From: an uncultured Candidatus Saccharibacteria bacterium
GTDB taxonomy: Bacteria; Patescibacteriota; Dojkabacteria; J137
Assembly: GCA_964635995.1 (NCBI GenBank)
Contig: CAZWRA010000001.1
Location: 226-64,225, forward strand
Length of the DNA: 64,000 nt
Direction of reading: 5' to 3'
In this document: piece by piece, positions 39,585-49,795 of the stretch
Numbering within the stretch: position 1 is the first letter of the stretch
How the letters are laid out: each line of letters begins with the position of its first letter
Translations under genes and position numbers: made by a program
Notes under the pieces: model-generated
The model's input: the letters and a program-made list of their open reading frames with translations, nothing else
Databases searched by the model: none
Told to the model about the DNA's origin: nothing

Positions 39585-40793
39585 TTAATACTTTTTTCCA
39601 ACTAAATTTTTAGGCATATACTCCTGTTCTACTTTCTTTCCATTTTTCTCCTCTAGCCAAGGATATCTCGTATGTCCTTTTCCATACCCATGCTCTTTCA
39701 TTACTTTATTTGGAGCATTTCTAAGATGAAGTGGAATTGGATCAAGAGGTTTATTATGAATATCGCTGATTGCATTACTTATGCCTTCAGTTACAGCAAT
39801 TGATTTAGGACAAGAAGCTAAGTAAGTAGCGCATTGAGCTAAGATTAATTTTGCTTCAGGCATACCGATCATATTAACAGCTTGCATTGTTGAGGTAGCT
39901 ACAACTAAAGCAGTAGGTTTTGCATTTCCGATGTCTTCAGAAGCAAATATAACCATTCTTCTTGCAATAAAAACTGGATCTTCTCCTGCTTCAATCATTC
40001 AAGAAAGATAATGAAGAGTAGCATCTGCTTTTCCTCCTCTCATTGATTTAATAAAGGCAGAAATAGTGTCGTAATGTGCATCTCCCTTTTTATCGTATAC
40101 ACCAAATTTTTGTTGAAGAATATCTGAAACAATCTCTCGAGTTATTTTTTTATTGATTTTAGAAGCGAATTCTAAAGCATTAATAATTTTTCTTGCGTCT
40201 CCGTCTGCAAATGCAATTAAAAACTCTATCGCATCCTCATCCCATTTAATCTTTTTTATCTCTTTATTTGCTCGATTAAAAACTTCTAAGCATTCTTCAT
40301 CGCTTAACTTTTCAAATCTAAATACTCGACTTCTTGAAATTAAAGGAGCATTAATTTCAAAACCGGGATTTTCGGTTGTTGCTCCAATTAAAATTATAGT
40401 TCCGTTCTCAACATAGGGAAGAAATGCATCCTGTTGAGCTTTATTAAATCTATGAATTTCATCTACAAATAATACTGTTTCTCTAGCTTCTTCAATTTTT
40501 CTATGTTCAGCTAACTTTACAATCTCTCTAACTTCTTTTATTCCTCCAGTTACAGCTGAAAATGAAACAAAGTGTGCTTCTGTATAGTTTGGAATTAATC
40601 TGGCTAAAGTAATTTTTCCACATCCTGGAGGTCCCCAAAAAATCATTGAAGAGATATTACCTGATTCAATAATTTTACGAAGAGGTTTGTTCTTTCCTAG
40701 AATATGTTTTTGACCAATGAATTCATCAAGATTCGTCGGCCTTAGACTTTCCGTTATCATCCTTCTTTCTACCTGATGTAAAAAGCGTAACAA
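39585..40793 (-). pseudogene. rarA: Replication-associated recombination protein A (RarA/MgsA AAA+ ATPase) interrupted by an in-frame TGA at 39999..40001; probable true start MITESLRP at about 40760
   Basis: N-terminal ORF has Walker A GPPGCGKITLARLI, Walker B VLFVDEIHRFNK, sensor motifs. The downstream ORF is contiguous and in-frame and encodes the MgsA_C domain (MIEAGEDPVFIARRM…PKSIAV…HLRNAPNKVMKEHGYGKGH). TGA aligns with a conserved Arg (…HYLS*MIEAGEDP vs …YLARMIEAGEDP). Confidence 0.8.
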
Positions 40794-40931
40794 GATCTTC
40801 AGGTTTTTTTGAAATTATTGATCTAAAGAAACCCATGAACTCATTATACTGCAGTCTATCTAAATACCTAAATACATAATTTAACATTGGGTCTGTATAG
40901 TTCTCTCCAGTCTCGACTCTAACTGTATTTC

Positions 40932-41594
40932 CTAATAAATCTTCTTTGAGCTTCGTCCAGTCTTTTGGTGTTTTTTATACCTTGGTACTCCTTTTTCTTC
41001 AAACTCAAAAAACTTTGTCTTACATGCTAACAAACCAATTATATCTAGAACATAATTACTAACATGTATTAATGGTAATGCCTGTTCTTCTGGACTACTT
41101 TGAGTTCTTAGTTGTTGTGAAATATAAAACCCTCTCGCAAGTTTAAACATAACAGGAAACGGTTTTAAATTCTCTACTTCAGCCCTCATTAAAACGACAC
41201 CTGTAATTCTTCTTTCATTAAAAATCTTTTTATCAAGCTCTCCTGTTGTTGAACCTCCAAAGAATATTCTAATTCTATGTGGATTATCTATGTCTGAGCT
41301 AAAACCAATGCTTGAAAATAGCTCAAGAAGATCATATGTACAAGATACTAGGTAAGCGGAAAATCTTTCGAGTTCAACTTCAGAAGTTGATCTATAAAAT
41401 GATGCAACTTGTTCAAATTTATCAATAACAGATTGATCTATTTCAACCCTAATTCCTAACCCATGTCCTTTAGAATCTAAGATAACTTTCTTGTCCTCTA
41501 AAAGAGCATTAACAGGATCCCTGTTAACTGCAGCAATTTCGACAGTTTCTCTTACTAAATCATTATCATCTGGGGGTTTAAGATCTGACATCAA
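40932..41594 (-). CDS. Hypothetical protein (220 aa); C-terminus may be truncated by a homopolymer (A6) frameshift, since an 80-codon stop-free continuation exists in the +1 frame
   Basis: No motif recognised. Downstream region 40794..40930 translates without stops in the +1 frame (…KDWTKLKEDLLGNTVRVETGENYTDPMLNYVFRYLDRLQYNEF…). Confidence 0.4.
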   Translation of the reverse strand: MMSDLKPPDDNDLVRETVEIAAVNRDPVNALLEDKKVILDSKGHGLGIRVEIDQSVIDKFEQVASFYRSTSEVELERFSAYLVSCTYDLLELFSSIGFSSDIDNPHRIRIFFGGSTTGELDKKIFNERRITGVVLMRAEVENLKPFPVMFKLARGFYISQQLRTQSSPEEQALPLIHVSNYVLDIIGLLACKTKFFEFEEKGVPRYKKHQKTGRSSKKIY

Positions 41595-41804
41595 AAAATA
41601 GCATCAATAATATTACATAGAGCACTGCAATATATTTTGAAAGTGTGATTTTGTCAAATTCTATCTAGTGTGAAAGTAGTTTTCCCATTATCAGCATTGG
41701 ATTACAAGCGACAATATGAGCAACAAATTCTAAAAGCTCTTCATTTTTAATATTATAAAAGAAACTTATAACTAAAGCATTTGAGTGAACTTAATTTGAA
41801 AAAA

Positions 41805-42110
41805 CTAATCGTGAAGAATTACTTCAAAAGCACCTTTACCTCCATTATAAAGGTTTGCAGATTTAAATTCAGAGACTAATTTGTTCTTTGGGAGAAGTTT
41901 TCTTACTAAAGGCCTTACTAACTTACCGTGACCAGTTATTACTAATAAGAATTTGTTTCCAAGTAAGTAATTATCTTCGATAAACTCAAAAAGAATTTTT
42001 TCAACTTCAAAAGGATCAAGTTTATCGTAAAGATGAAAATCCAGTTCGTTTTGTTGAAAGAAAAATGAGGTTAGATTATTCGATGAGTGATCTTTGTATT
42101 TATTAGCCAT
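41805..42110 (-). CDS. Smr-domain protein
   Basis: LDFHLY…LLVITGHGKLVRPLVRKLL…GGKGAFEVIL matches the Smr domain pattern (DLHG…IIHGKG…GG.G). Confidence 0.65.
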   Translation of the reverse strand: MANKYKDHSSNNLTSFFFQQNELDFHLYDKLDPFEVEKILFEFIEDNYLLGNKFLLVITGHGKLVRPLVRKLLPKNKLVSEFKSANLYNGGKGAFEVILHD

Positions 42111-43879
42111 TAATAAATCTCAAAATTTTCTAACAATTTTTTATCTCCCTCAATTTGGTATTTTAATAAATCTCTATAAATACCTTCTCTTGAAGAAAGT
42201 TCTTTAGGAGTTCCTGAATCAACAATATTTCCATCGCCAAGAACAATAATTTTATCTACATTTTGTATAGTTGAGAATCTATGAGCAATAATAATTACAA
42301 TCCTGTCTTTCATTAACGCATCCATTGCTGTTTGAACTTCATTTTCAGATTTTGAATCTAAATTACTAGTTGCTTCATCCATAATAACAATAGGTGTATT
42401 ATGAAGAATTGCTCGAGCAATTTGTATTCTTTGCTTTTGTCCACCAGACAATCTAACTCCTCTTTCACCAACTTGAGTATCTAACTTGTTTTCAAATTTT
42501 TCTACAAAATCCCATGCATTTGCAGCTTTTAGAGCGCTAATAATTTTTTCATCGCTAACTTCCATTCCATAAGCTACATTTTCTCTAATTGTTGTAGAAA
42601 AAAGCTCATTTTCTTGGAAAACTAATGATATCATTGATCTAACTTCATTATGTGAAAGATCATTATAATCCTTTCCATCTACAAGAATTGAACCTCCTGT
42701 AGGATCATAGAACTTCATAATTAGATTAATGATAGTTGTTTTTCCAGCTCCAGAATGACCTACTAAAGCTACTTTTTCATTTTCATTAATTGTAAAGTCA
42801 ATTTTTTTTAAAACATTTTTCTCAGATTTTTCATATCCAAAAGAAACATTTTTGAATTCAATTTTTCTTCCAACTAAATTCTCAGCAGAATATTCTTTAT
42901 CATATTGTTCAACTTGTTCAAGATCTAAAATTTCAAATAATTCTTTCGTTCCAGCTTCAGTCTGTTGAATCTGAGTTAAAATAAATGACATAGCGAAAAG
43001 AGGGATTCTTGCCTGCATTATAAGCTGAGTTAAAAGAAAGACATCTCCGAATGTATAGTTCCCAATAAAAGCATTATAAAAAATCACAACATTCATTCCT
43101 AAAAGAATCAATTCTAAACTGAAATTTCTAAGAAAATCAAAAATATGAAATGTTCTACTTTGTTTTGCAAAAATTTTATTAACTTCTACTTGTTCAGAAT
43201 CTACAAAGTCATATTCTTTCTTTTGATTTATATAGCCTTTAACTAACTTCATATTAGTTATAACTTCCTGAATTCTTCCTCTTGTTATATCTTCATGTTT
43301 ATTTTTACCTACTTCTTTCTCTCCCCATTTCTTAGCAGAATACTGACTTAAACCTATGTAAATAGGGAATAGAAGCAATGTAAACATAGCAACAGGTGGA
43401 CTAAATACAAACATAGTCACTACTGTAAAAATGCTTAACAGAATATTAGGGAAAATAAAATTTGAAGCTGTATTCATAAACCCTTGAACTGCAACAATAC
43501 CTCTATTTAGCTGGTTAACTATTTTTCCTGAAATTTCGGTATCAAAGTAGCTTTGAGGAAGTCTGAAGATATGGTTATAAAATTTTGTAATTAAAAATCT
43601 TCTTAATTCTCCTCCAAAATGGTCTCCAATTCTTTGTGAAATTGAACCTAGTGCAATGTTAAAAATACTTAATCCAAATCCTATACCTATAAATAAAAAC
43701 ATCTTATTTATACTCGCATCTCCAGTTTCTATTTGTAATTGAATCTCATCTACAACAACTTTTGAAATAATAGGAATTATCTGTCTTAATAATGAAGTAA
43801 AGATAGAAAGCCCAAGTATAGAGTACATAACTTTATGTAATGGCTTAGAAATTTTTATAAGTCTGACTATGTTTTTCAT
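42110..43879 (-). CDS. ABC exporter, fused permease + ATPase (MsbA/LmrA-like)
   Basis: 6-TM N-terminal domain. Walker A GHSGAGKTTIINL, signature LSGGQKQRIQIARAIL, Walker B VIMDEATSNLD. Confidence 0.9.
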   Translation of the reverse strand: MKNIVRLIKISKPLHKVMYSILGLSIFTSLLRQIIPIISKVVVDEIQLQIETGDASINKMFLFIGIGFGLSIFNIALGSISQRIGDHFGGELRRFLITKFYNHIFRLPQSYFDTEISGKIVNQLNRGIVAVQGFMNTASNFIFPNILLSIFTVVTMFVFSPPVAMFTLLLFPIYIGLSQYSAKKWGEKEVGKNKHEDITRGRIQEVITNMKLVKGYINQKKEYDFVDSEQVEVNKIFAKQSRTFHIFDFLRNFSLELILLGMNVVIFYNAFIGNYTFGDVFLLTQLIMQARIPLFAMSFILTQIQQTEAGTKELFEILDLEQVEQYDKEYSAENLVGRKIEFKNVSFGYEKSEKNVLKKIDFTINENEKVALVGHSGAGKTTIINLIMKFYDPTGGSILVDGKDYNDLSHNEVRSMISLVFQENELFSTTIRENVAYGMEVSDEKIISALKAANAWDFVEKFENKLDTQVGERGVRLSGGQKQRIQIARAILHNTPIVIMDEATSNLDSKSENEVQTAMDALMKDRIVIIIAHRFSTIQNVDKIIVLGDGNIVDSGTPKELSSREGIYRDLLKYQIEGDKKLLENFEIY

Positions 43880-43971
43880 AAAAACAAAACTATTATAACT
43901 CTAAACACTAAACTTTTCAGAGAAAAAGAGCCCACTTTATGCGGACTCTTTAATTATTGAGCAGATTCGTC

Positions 43972-45291
43972 TTAAATTAAAGAAACTGAATGAACAATTT
44001 CATTTGTATAGGAGTTTCTTAGAACTGCGTTATCTCCTTCAACACTTAATTCTACTCCTGTGAAGTAGCTTGGCATTTGGATAAATGACAATGTTTCTGT
44101 AGCTACATCAAAGATTATTAACTGAGCATTAAGGTCCGTTGTTCCACAATCACCGCAAGTTGTTTGATCAAATACTAATAAATTATTTCTAGCAGTGTCA
44201 TGAACCCAAGTCTGTTCTTCATTAGGTAATCCAAAAGGATATCCATAAGTAAATGGAGTAGCAGAAGAATAAACTGTCTCCTCAACTAAATCTGTTACAT
44301 TTACCTTAGTTACTCTATCAGAGTAAAGACTATATATACTATCTCCAATTTTTGAAGCTGCTAAAGCGTCACCTCCTTTCTGAGTAAGAGTTACAAAATC
44401 GCCTGTGCTTTTCTGGAAAGAAACTTCTCCTGTAGTTTAATTGTATTCTATGAAATTAATATCTCTATTAAGTTCTGCAGCAGTATCTAACCAATTATAG
44501 TACTCATCAAATGATCCGAATCTATACTTAACTTAAAAATTGTTTGTAGCTGGATTGTATTCAACTAAAATGTTTTGATCGTTATTATTTCTATATGTAA
44601 ATCTTAATCTTCCAGTTTCGTTTGAAATGAAGAAATCAAACATATCCATTCTGCTTTCTGATTCAGGGAATGTATTTAATGTATATGAATACCAGCTTTG
44701 TGATGATTCAATCCATCTAACTAATCCACCTGTTGTATATGCATTTGAGTTAATTCTTCCCCAAAGTTCTCCATTAGCAACAAATAAATCAACATCTACT
44801 CCTGTACTTACAGCTAAAACAGACTCCCATCCTCGAACTGAACCTGTAGCTAAATCAATCCTTGCTACTCCATCGAATGAATCTACCCAAAGATCACCGT
44901 TAAAGTAAACAAAGCTAATGTTTGAAGTTCCTGGGAACCCCATAGATTGAGTCCAAGTATTAACTATTTGTCCAGATTGCAAATCAAGTTCTAAAATATC
45001 ATATTCACCAGGAAACTGACTCTCTCTTGCTTCATCAGTACAAATTGTAAACATAGAATCGTTAACAATAATGAACTCTTGTTGTCCTCCTCCGCAACCA
45101 TCTGGAATTAATAGACTTCTTGCTACTAAATCTCCATTAGGATTAAAAACCATAATTACTGAAGGATTTACAGTTTTAATGAATAAATGATCTGCATAAA
45201 CTTGTGCGCTTAATGGGTATGTTAAATCTGTATTGTCAGTTAATGTATATTCAAAATTAGTATCAAAATATCTATCATCAATAGTTGTTAC
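43972..45291 (-). pseudogene. C-terminal beta-rich (propeller-like) portion of a large secreted protein gene continuous in frame with the DUF5648 repeat gene upstream, interrupted by three in-frame TAA codons (about 45292, about 44533, about 44437)
   Basis: Manual translation shows one reading frame open from 45894 to 43972 except three TAA. The last 158-codon segment (TTGEVSFQKSTGDFVTLTQKGG…NEIVHSVSLI) has no start codon of its own. ORF-track piece 44533..45153 is the middle segment. Confidence 0.5.
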
Positions 45292-45894
45292 TTATTCAAA
45301 AGAAGACATAAAAACATTGTTATTTTCAAAAGCATTTAAGTTTAGTACTTTAGGAAATACGTAAAAAACTATTCCTTCATACTCGTATATAGAAGATAAA
45401 TCTCCCTCAATATAATCTTTTTCAGGCACATCTACAGTAAATACATGGGCTTGTCTAATATTACTCCAGAATTGAAATACAGGAACTGAGCTTTGTGAAG
45501 ATTGTGTAGTCTCTGCACAATAAGCTACTGCCTCATAATCCCAATTAGGATTTGTGTCTTCAATATATTCTTTCTCAGCTTCAGAAGGTGTATAGAAATG
45601 AACTTCTTTAGAAGGATTATAGAATCTATAAACTTCTGTTCCATTACTACAAGATCCATCGAATTTGTAAGCTTCTAATACAATCCCTTCGTAATTCCAG
45701 TTTGGATTAGTATTTTTAACGTATTCTGCCTCAGCTGAATCAGCAGTATAGAAGTGCGCTAGGGAGACGGGGCTATAAAATCTATAAATAGGGGTTGTTG
45801 CTTCTTGCGCATTAACTTTATTAATCCCTAAAACAATTGTTAAGAAAAGAAAGGATAGGGAGACTATTATCGAAAACAAAAACATCTTTTTCAT
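45292..45894 (-). CDS. Secreted protein with three DUF5648-type repeats (YRFYNP…HFYT…E…NWxYEGI)
   Basis: Signal peptide MKKMFLFSIIVSLSFLFLTIVLGINKVNA. Three repeats resembling the clostridial cell-wall-protein DUF5648 motif (RLYNPnsGeHFYT…GWkYEGia). Confidence 0.65.
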   Translation of the reverse strand: MKKMFLFSIIVSLSFLFLTIVLGINKVNAQEATTPIYRFYSPVSLAHFYTADSAEAEYVKNTNPNWNYEGIVLEAYKFDGSCSNGTEVYRFYNPSKEVHFYTPSEAEKEYIEDTNPNWDYEAVAYCAETTQSSQSSVPVFQFWSNIRQAHVFTVDVPEKDYIEGDLSSIYEYEGIVFYVFPKVLNLNAFENNNVFMSSFE

Positions 45895-46009
45895 AGAAAC
45901 TAAAATAAATAAATATAAATTTCTCTATTTATAAGACTAAAATTACCATTAAAAGTGACAAGTCCTTATTACAAAAATTGTAATAATAAAGTTATAATAT
46001 GAATATCAG

Positions 46010-46083
46010 GGGCCGTAGCTCAATTGGCTAGAGCGCATGGATGGCATTAATGAGGTTGCGGGTTCGATCCCCTCCGGCTCCAT
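46010..46083 (+). tRNA. tRNA-Ala (anticodon GGC) with G3:U70; anticodon stem carries a G-A mismatch
   Basis: GGGGCCG-TA-GCTC-AATTGGCTA-GAGC-G-CATGG-ATGGCAT-TAATG-AGGTT-GCGGG-TTCGATC-CCCTC-CGGCTCC-A. Near-identical architecture to E. coli tRNA-Ala(GGC). 30:40 is G:A. Confidence 0.8.
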
Positions 46084-46097
46084 TTACTAAAAGTTTA

Positions 46098-46436
46098 TGC
46101 AAAAAGAAGTTTTCATAAAAGCAAAGAAAATTATTAATAATCCAGACATTATTATTGATATGTTTACTTCAACATTTGAATGGATAAGCCCAAATGCACT
46201 TGATATATTTAAATATGAGTAAAGTGAGATTATAGGAAAAAAGCGACAACTTTAGTAACTGCAGAATTAGATGAAGCTATAAAGATACTGTTAGATTTAA
46301 TAAAGTCAAAAAAAGGAACTAGAGAGATAGAATTTGTAGATGGCTTAGGTCATAAAATAAGAATTAATGCTGATTTTCAAGTTTTAACTTTTAATAAAGT
46401 TCCCTATCTTATTGCTAAAATCATTTCAATAAAATA
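46098..46436 (+). pseudogene. PAS-domain protein remnant (in-frame TAA plus a frameshift at an A6 run)
   Basis: MQKEVFIKAKKIINNPDIIIDMFTSTFEWISPNALDIFKYE*SEIIGKK then +2 frame ATTLVTAELDEAIKILLDLIKSKKGTREIEFVDGLGHKIRINADFQVLTFNKVPYLIAKI, a PAS-like fold pattern. Confidence 0.5.
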
Positions 46437-46452
46437 AATTTTAAAGAAGACT

Positions 46453-47438
46453 ATGAAAGTTAAGCTTAAAGAATTAGAGTCAATCACACTAAACGCTGTA
46501 AAGAAGTATTGGTATAAGGATAATGAGGCTGAAATAATCAAAAAAGTCTTACTTTATGCTCAGTTAAGAGGTAATAATCAAGGCATAGTAAAGTTGATTG
46601 GAAATGGTATTCCAAGAATTGAAACGGGAAAAGAACCTACTATTGAGAAAGAAACTAAAGTCTCAGCTTTACTAAATATGGAAATTATACTCATGCTATG
46701 GTTGTTATGGATAAATTAGTAGATATAGCAACTAAGAAAGCAATTGAAATAGGAGTAGGAATTGCAGGGAACCACGATACAAGTGAGTCAACTGGAGCAC
46801 TAGGATATTACGTTAATAAAATTGCAGAACAAGGCTTAATCGGAATTGCATTTGCATCTGCACCGTTTCAAACAAACGCCCCTTTTGGAGCAAACGAGGC
46901 AAGATTTTGTACAAATCCACTAGCTTTCGGAATTCCCACTGAGTCTGATCCAATAATTTTAGATATGCCCACTTCAGCTATGGCTTATTATGGATTAATT
47001 GAGGCTAAGACTGCAGGGAAAAAACTTTCTGACAAAGTAGGATTCGATAAAAATGGTAATGAAACTAATGACCCTGCAGAAATAATGTCTGGAGCGCTAA
47101 AAACATTTGGAGGACATAAAGGTTCAGGACTCGCTTTAATTGTCCAAATTTTAGCAGGAGCTTTTGTTAAAGCGGACTCATTTAATAATGATAGTGACAA
47201 CGCTGGTAATCTAGTCGTTCCTATTGATCCAGAGATATTTTTAAGCAAAGACGATTTTAGGAAAAGTGTTACAGAAATAATTAATAAGGTTAAATCCGCA
47301 AGAAGAATAGATAATGTTGAAGAGATTTTTATTCCTGGAGAACGAGGAAATAATTTTCAAAATGAAGTTGTTACTTCAGGCGAAATTGAGATTGAAGATA
47401 ACTTATGGACTGAATTACAAAAAGTTGTTAATTCTTAA
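46453..47438 (+). pseudogene. Ldh_2 family (malate/L-lactate/sulfolactate-type) dehydrogenase split by a frameshift near 46700
   Basis: C-terminal ORF has the Ldh_2 hallmark GGHKGSGLALIVQILAG. N-terminal ORF (46453..46719) supplies the N-terminal domain. ORF2 frame read back gives …NGNYTHAMVVMDKLVD, overlapping ORF1. Confidence 0.7.
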
Positions 47439-48705
47439 CTGAAACTATCTCATCCCAACTAGTTGTATATCTTGGGCTTCGAAGATTACTCTTAGCTCGC
47501 CATGTCTGTTTATCGCCCATTGCTGCAGTTTTAATAGCCCCGCTCCCCCATTCTCTATTAATCTGATCAAAAGCTCCCATTACTATCTTATTCTTTTCTG
47601 TATTATATTCAGGATTGAACATATTAATTTTTTGACTATCTCTAGGTACTAAACCTCCAAGCTGAACCATAGACTTTTTATAAACAACCCCTTTCTTATA
47701 AATCTGCTCTAAACAAAAGTGCGCAGCTTTCGTTAAATCGGGAAGATAATCTGTTGGCGTCTCTAGGGAAATATAATATGAATTATGGTACTCTTTTTCG
47801 CTTGAGGCAAATCTATTAGTTCGAACACTTACCCCAATAAAACTACAGACAGATTTTTGTCTTCTTAATTTTTCAGAAGCTCTTGCGACATAACTTGCAA
47901 CAGATTCTTTAAGTTCGTTCAAACTTGTTACCTTTCTTCCAAAAGATCTTGAACTTATAATTTGTTTTTTTACTTCTTTGTTTTCAACCCCTTCAATACA
48001 ATGAATTCCATTAAGTTCCATTAGAGTTCTCTGTACTGTAACACTCATTTCCTGTCTAACCCAACTTGGATCTAATTTCTTAAAATCAAGCCCAGTATAT
48101 ACTCCGACTCCATTCAACCTTATTGTCAGTCGATATCCTATTCCCCAAATATCTTCCAGAGGAAACTGTTCTAAGACTTTATTAGCTGTTTTATCTGAGT
48201 CAATTACAAAGCATCCCTTATATTTTTCATGTTTTTTCGCATGATCAATAGCTACTTTCGCTAAAGTTTTTGTTGAAGCTATTCCTACAGACACAGGTAA
48301 CCCTGTCCACTTCAGTATTGTATTTCTAATATTTTTACCATATTCATAAAGATCATTTATTTTTACATGCGAAAGATCAATAAACGCTTCATCAATAGAA
48401 TAGATTTGTACGTCAGGAGAGAACTGCTCAAGAATTTTCATCACTCTATTAGACATATCTCCATATAAATGAAAGTTAGCAGAAAATATATGTACATTAT
48501 ATTGATCAATAACATGCTTCCATTCATGAAATGGTGCACCCATAGGAATGCCCAGCTTCTTTACTTCTGAAGATCTAGCAATAATGCACCCATCATTATT
48601 AGATAAAATTGCGATTGGCTTATTAATAAGTATAGGATTAAACACTCTTTCACAAGATGCGAAAAAGTTATTACAATCAATTAATGCGTAGATCTTAGAC
48701 TTCAT
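47428..48705 (-). CDS. umuC: Y-family DNA polymerase (UmuC / DinB-like translesion polymerase)
   Basis: N-terminus KIYALIDCNNFFASCERVFNP, SIDEAFIDLS motif. 425 aa (UmuC-sized). Confidence 0.85.
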   Translation of the reverse strand: MKSKIYALIDCNNFFASCERVFNPILINKPIAILSNNDGCIIARSSEVKKLGIPMGAPFHEWKHVIDQYNVHIFSANFHLYGDMSNRVMKILEQFSPDVQIYSIDEAFIDLSHVKINDLYEYGKNIRNTILKWTGLPVSVGIASTKTLAKVAIDHAKKHEKYKGCFVIDSDKTANKVLEQFPLEDIWGIGYRLTIRLNGVGVYTGLDFKKLDPSWVRQEMSVTVQRTLMELNGIHCIEGVENKEVKKQIISSRSFGRKVTSLNELKESVASYVARASEKLRRQKSVCSFIGVSVRTNRFASSEKEYHNSYYISLETPTDYLPDLTKAAHFCLEQIYKKGVVYKKSMVQLGGLVPRDSQKINMFNPEYNTEKNKIVMGAFDQINREWGSGAIKTAAMGDKQTWRAKSNLRSPRYTTSWDEIVSVKN

Positions 48706-48736
48706 TTGGTAAAATCACTAACTTAATTATAACAAT

Positions 48737-49558
48737 ATGAATGACCATAGATTTAATCATTCTGAAGATGATATACAACCAATATCACAAAGAGAAAGAA
48801 TTGATAACTATGTCTCTAAAGGTCTTGTACCTCCTTCAGATATACGACTACTCTATCAATTAAATCAAGGACAGTATACATATTATGGAGCGGAAGGACA
48901 TAGAAGCGAAGTTATTCAAAGACTGACAAGAGATTTAGTCCATACTATGAACGTAGCTATGCGATGGACAGTAGAAAGAGGGGTGACATGGGAGAATGCA
49001 ATGTCAGCAAGTCTTATTTTTGGTCCAGCATTTACTGATGATTTTAAAGAAATTATTCCTTTAGTTCTTAATGCATACGAAGGTTCTACAGTAAATTTTC
49101 TTACACATGTTCATTTAGTTGCAGGCGGTTATGCAGCACAAGCAGCAGAACTTGCATTAGAGAATTTAAGGTCAGTAGGATTTCGTTATAATATGATTTC
49201 TGATGATTATTATTTAACTATAATTCGGGAATTAGGATTAGTAAGTTCTCAAAATAATAAATTAAATAAGGTATTAAAAGGATTAAGTTTCAACTCAGAT
49301 CCAAATGTATTTGCTGCTGAGGCTTTAATCCGACTTGAATCTAAATACATTATTCAGGATTTCAGAAGAATGGTTACGAAGGAAGGAGGTTACGTTTACT
49401 GTCCTGCCTCAACTGTTATGAGAAATGTTGCTTTATTAACTGTTTATAACATGTACCTATATAAAAAAGATAAATCTATAATAAAGTTAAGTAAAAACCT
49501 TCTTGTTGAAAAAGATATACTCGTACTTAAAGACTTATTTTTAAGCAGTATTACTTGA
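48737..49558 (+). CDS. Hypothetical protein (273 aa), convergent with the small-gene cassette
   Basis: No recognisable motif. Locally higher GC codon usage (Ala/Gly-rich). Confidence 0.4.
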   Translation: MNDHRFNHSEDDIQPISQRERIDNYVSKGLVPPSDIRLLYQLNQGQYTYYGAEGHRSEVIQRLTRDLVHTMNVAMRWTVERGVTWENAMSASLIFGPAFTDDFKEIIPLVLNAYEGSTVNFLTHVHLVAGGYAAQAAELALENLRSVGFRYNMISDDYYLTIIRELGLVSSQNNKLNKVLKGLSFNSDPNVFAAEALIRLESKYIIQDFRRMVTKEGGYVYCPASTVMRNVALLTVYNMYLYKKDKSIIKLSKNLLVEKDILVLKDLFLSSIT

Positions 49559-49786
49559 CTCTTTCAATTCTTCTAAAATTTTCTCGTATTGAGTAATTTT
49601 TTCCCTTACACCTTCAATAGTTTGACTAAAGGAGAAATGATCATTTTCAGTTTCACCATCATCTTCCTTACTGAGTCTACTCTTTGGAATGGTCATCCAT
49701 CCCAATGGAAAGTCTTGATCAAACTCAGAACCTAACTGTTCTAATAATCTCTCATAACCTTGTAGTCTAAGATGTGTAAGTTGCAA
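49541..49786 (-). CDS. Small protein paralogous to the 91-aa ORF at 50323..50598; in-frame with the upstream 167-aa ORF across a TGA
   Basis: MQLTHLRLQGYERLLEQLGSEFDQDFP vs ELTIQGFEKLLELLGEDFDISIP. TTG start. ORF 49796..50299 ends TGA, then three codons ENK, then this ORF in the same frame. Confidence 0.35.
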   Translation of the reverse strand: MQLTHLRLQGYERLLEQLGSEFDQDFPLGWMTIPKSRLSKEDDGETENDHFSFSQTIEGVREKITQYEKILEELKESSNTA

Positions 49787-49795
49787 CTTATTTTC

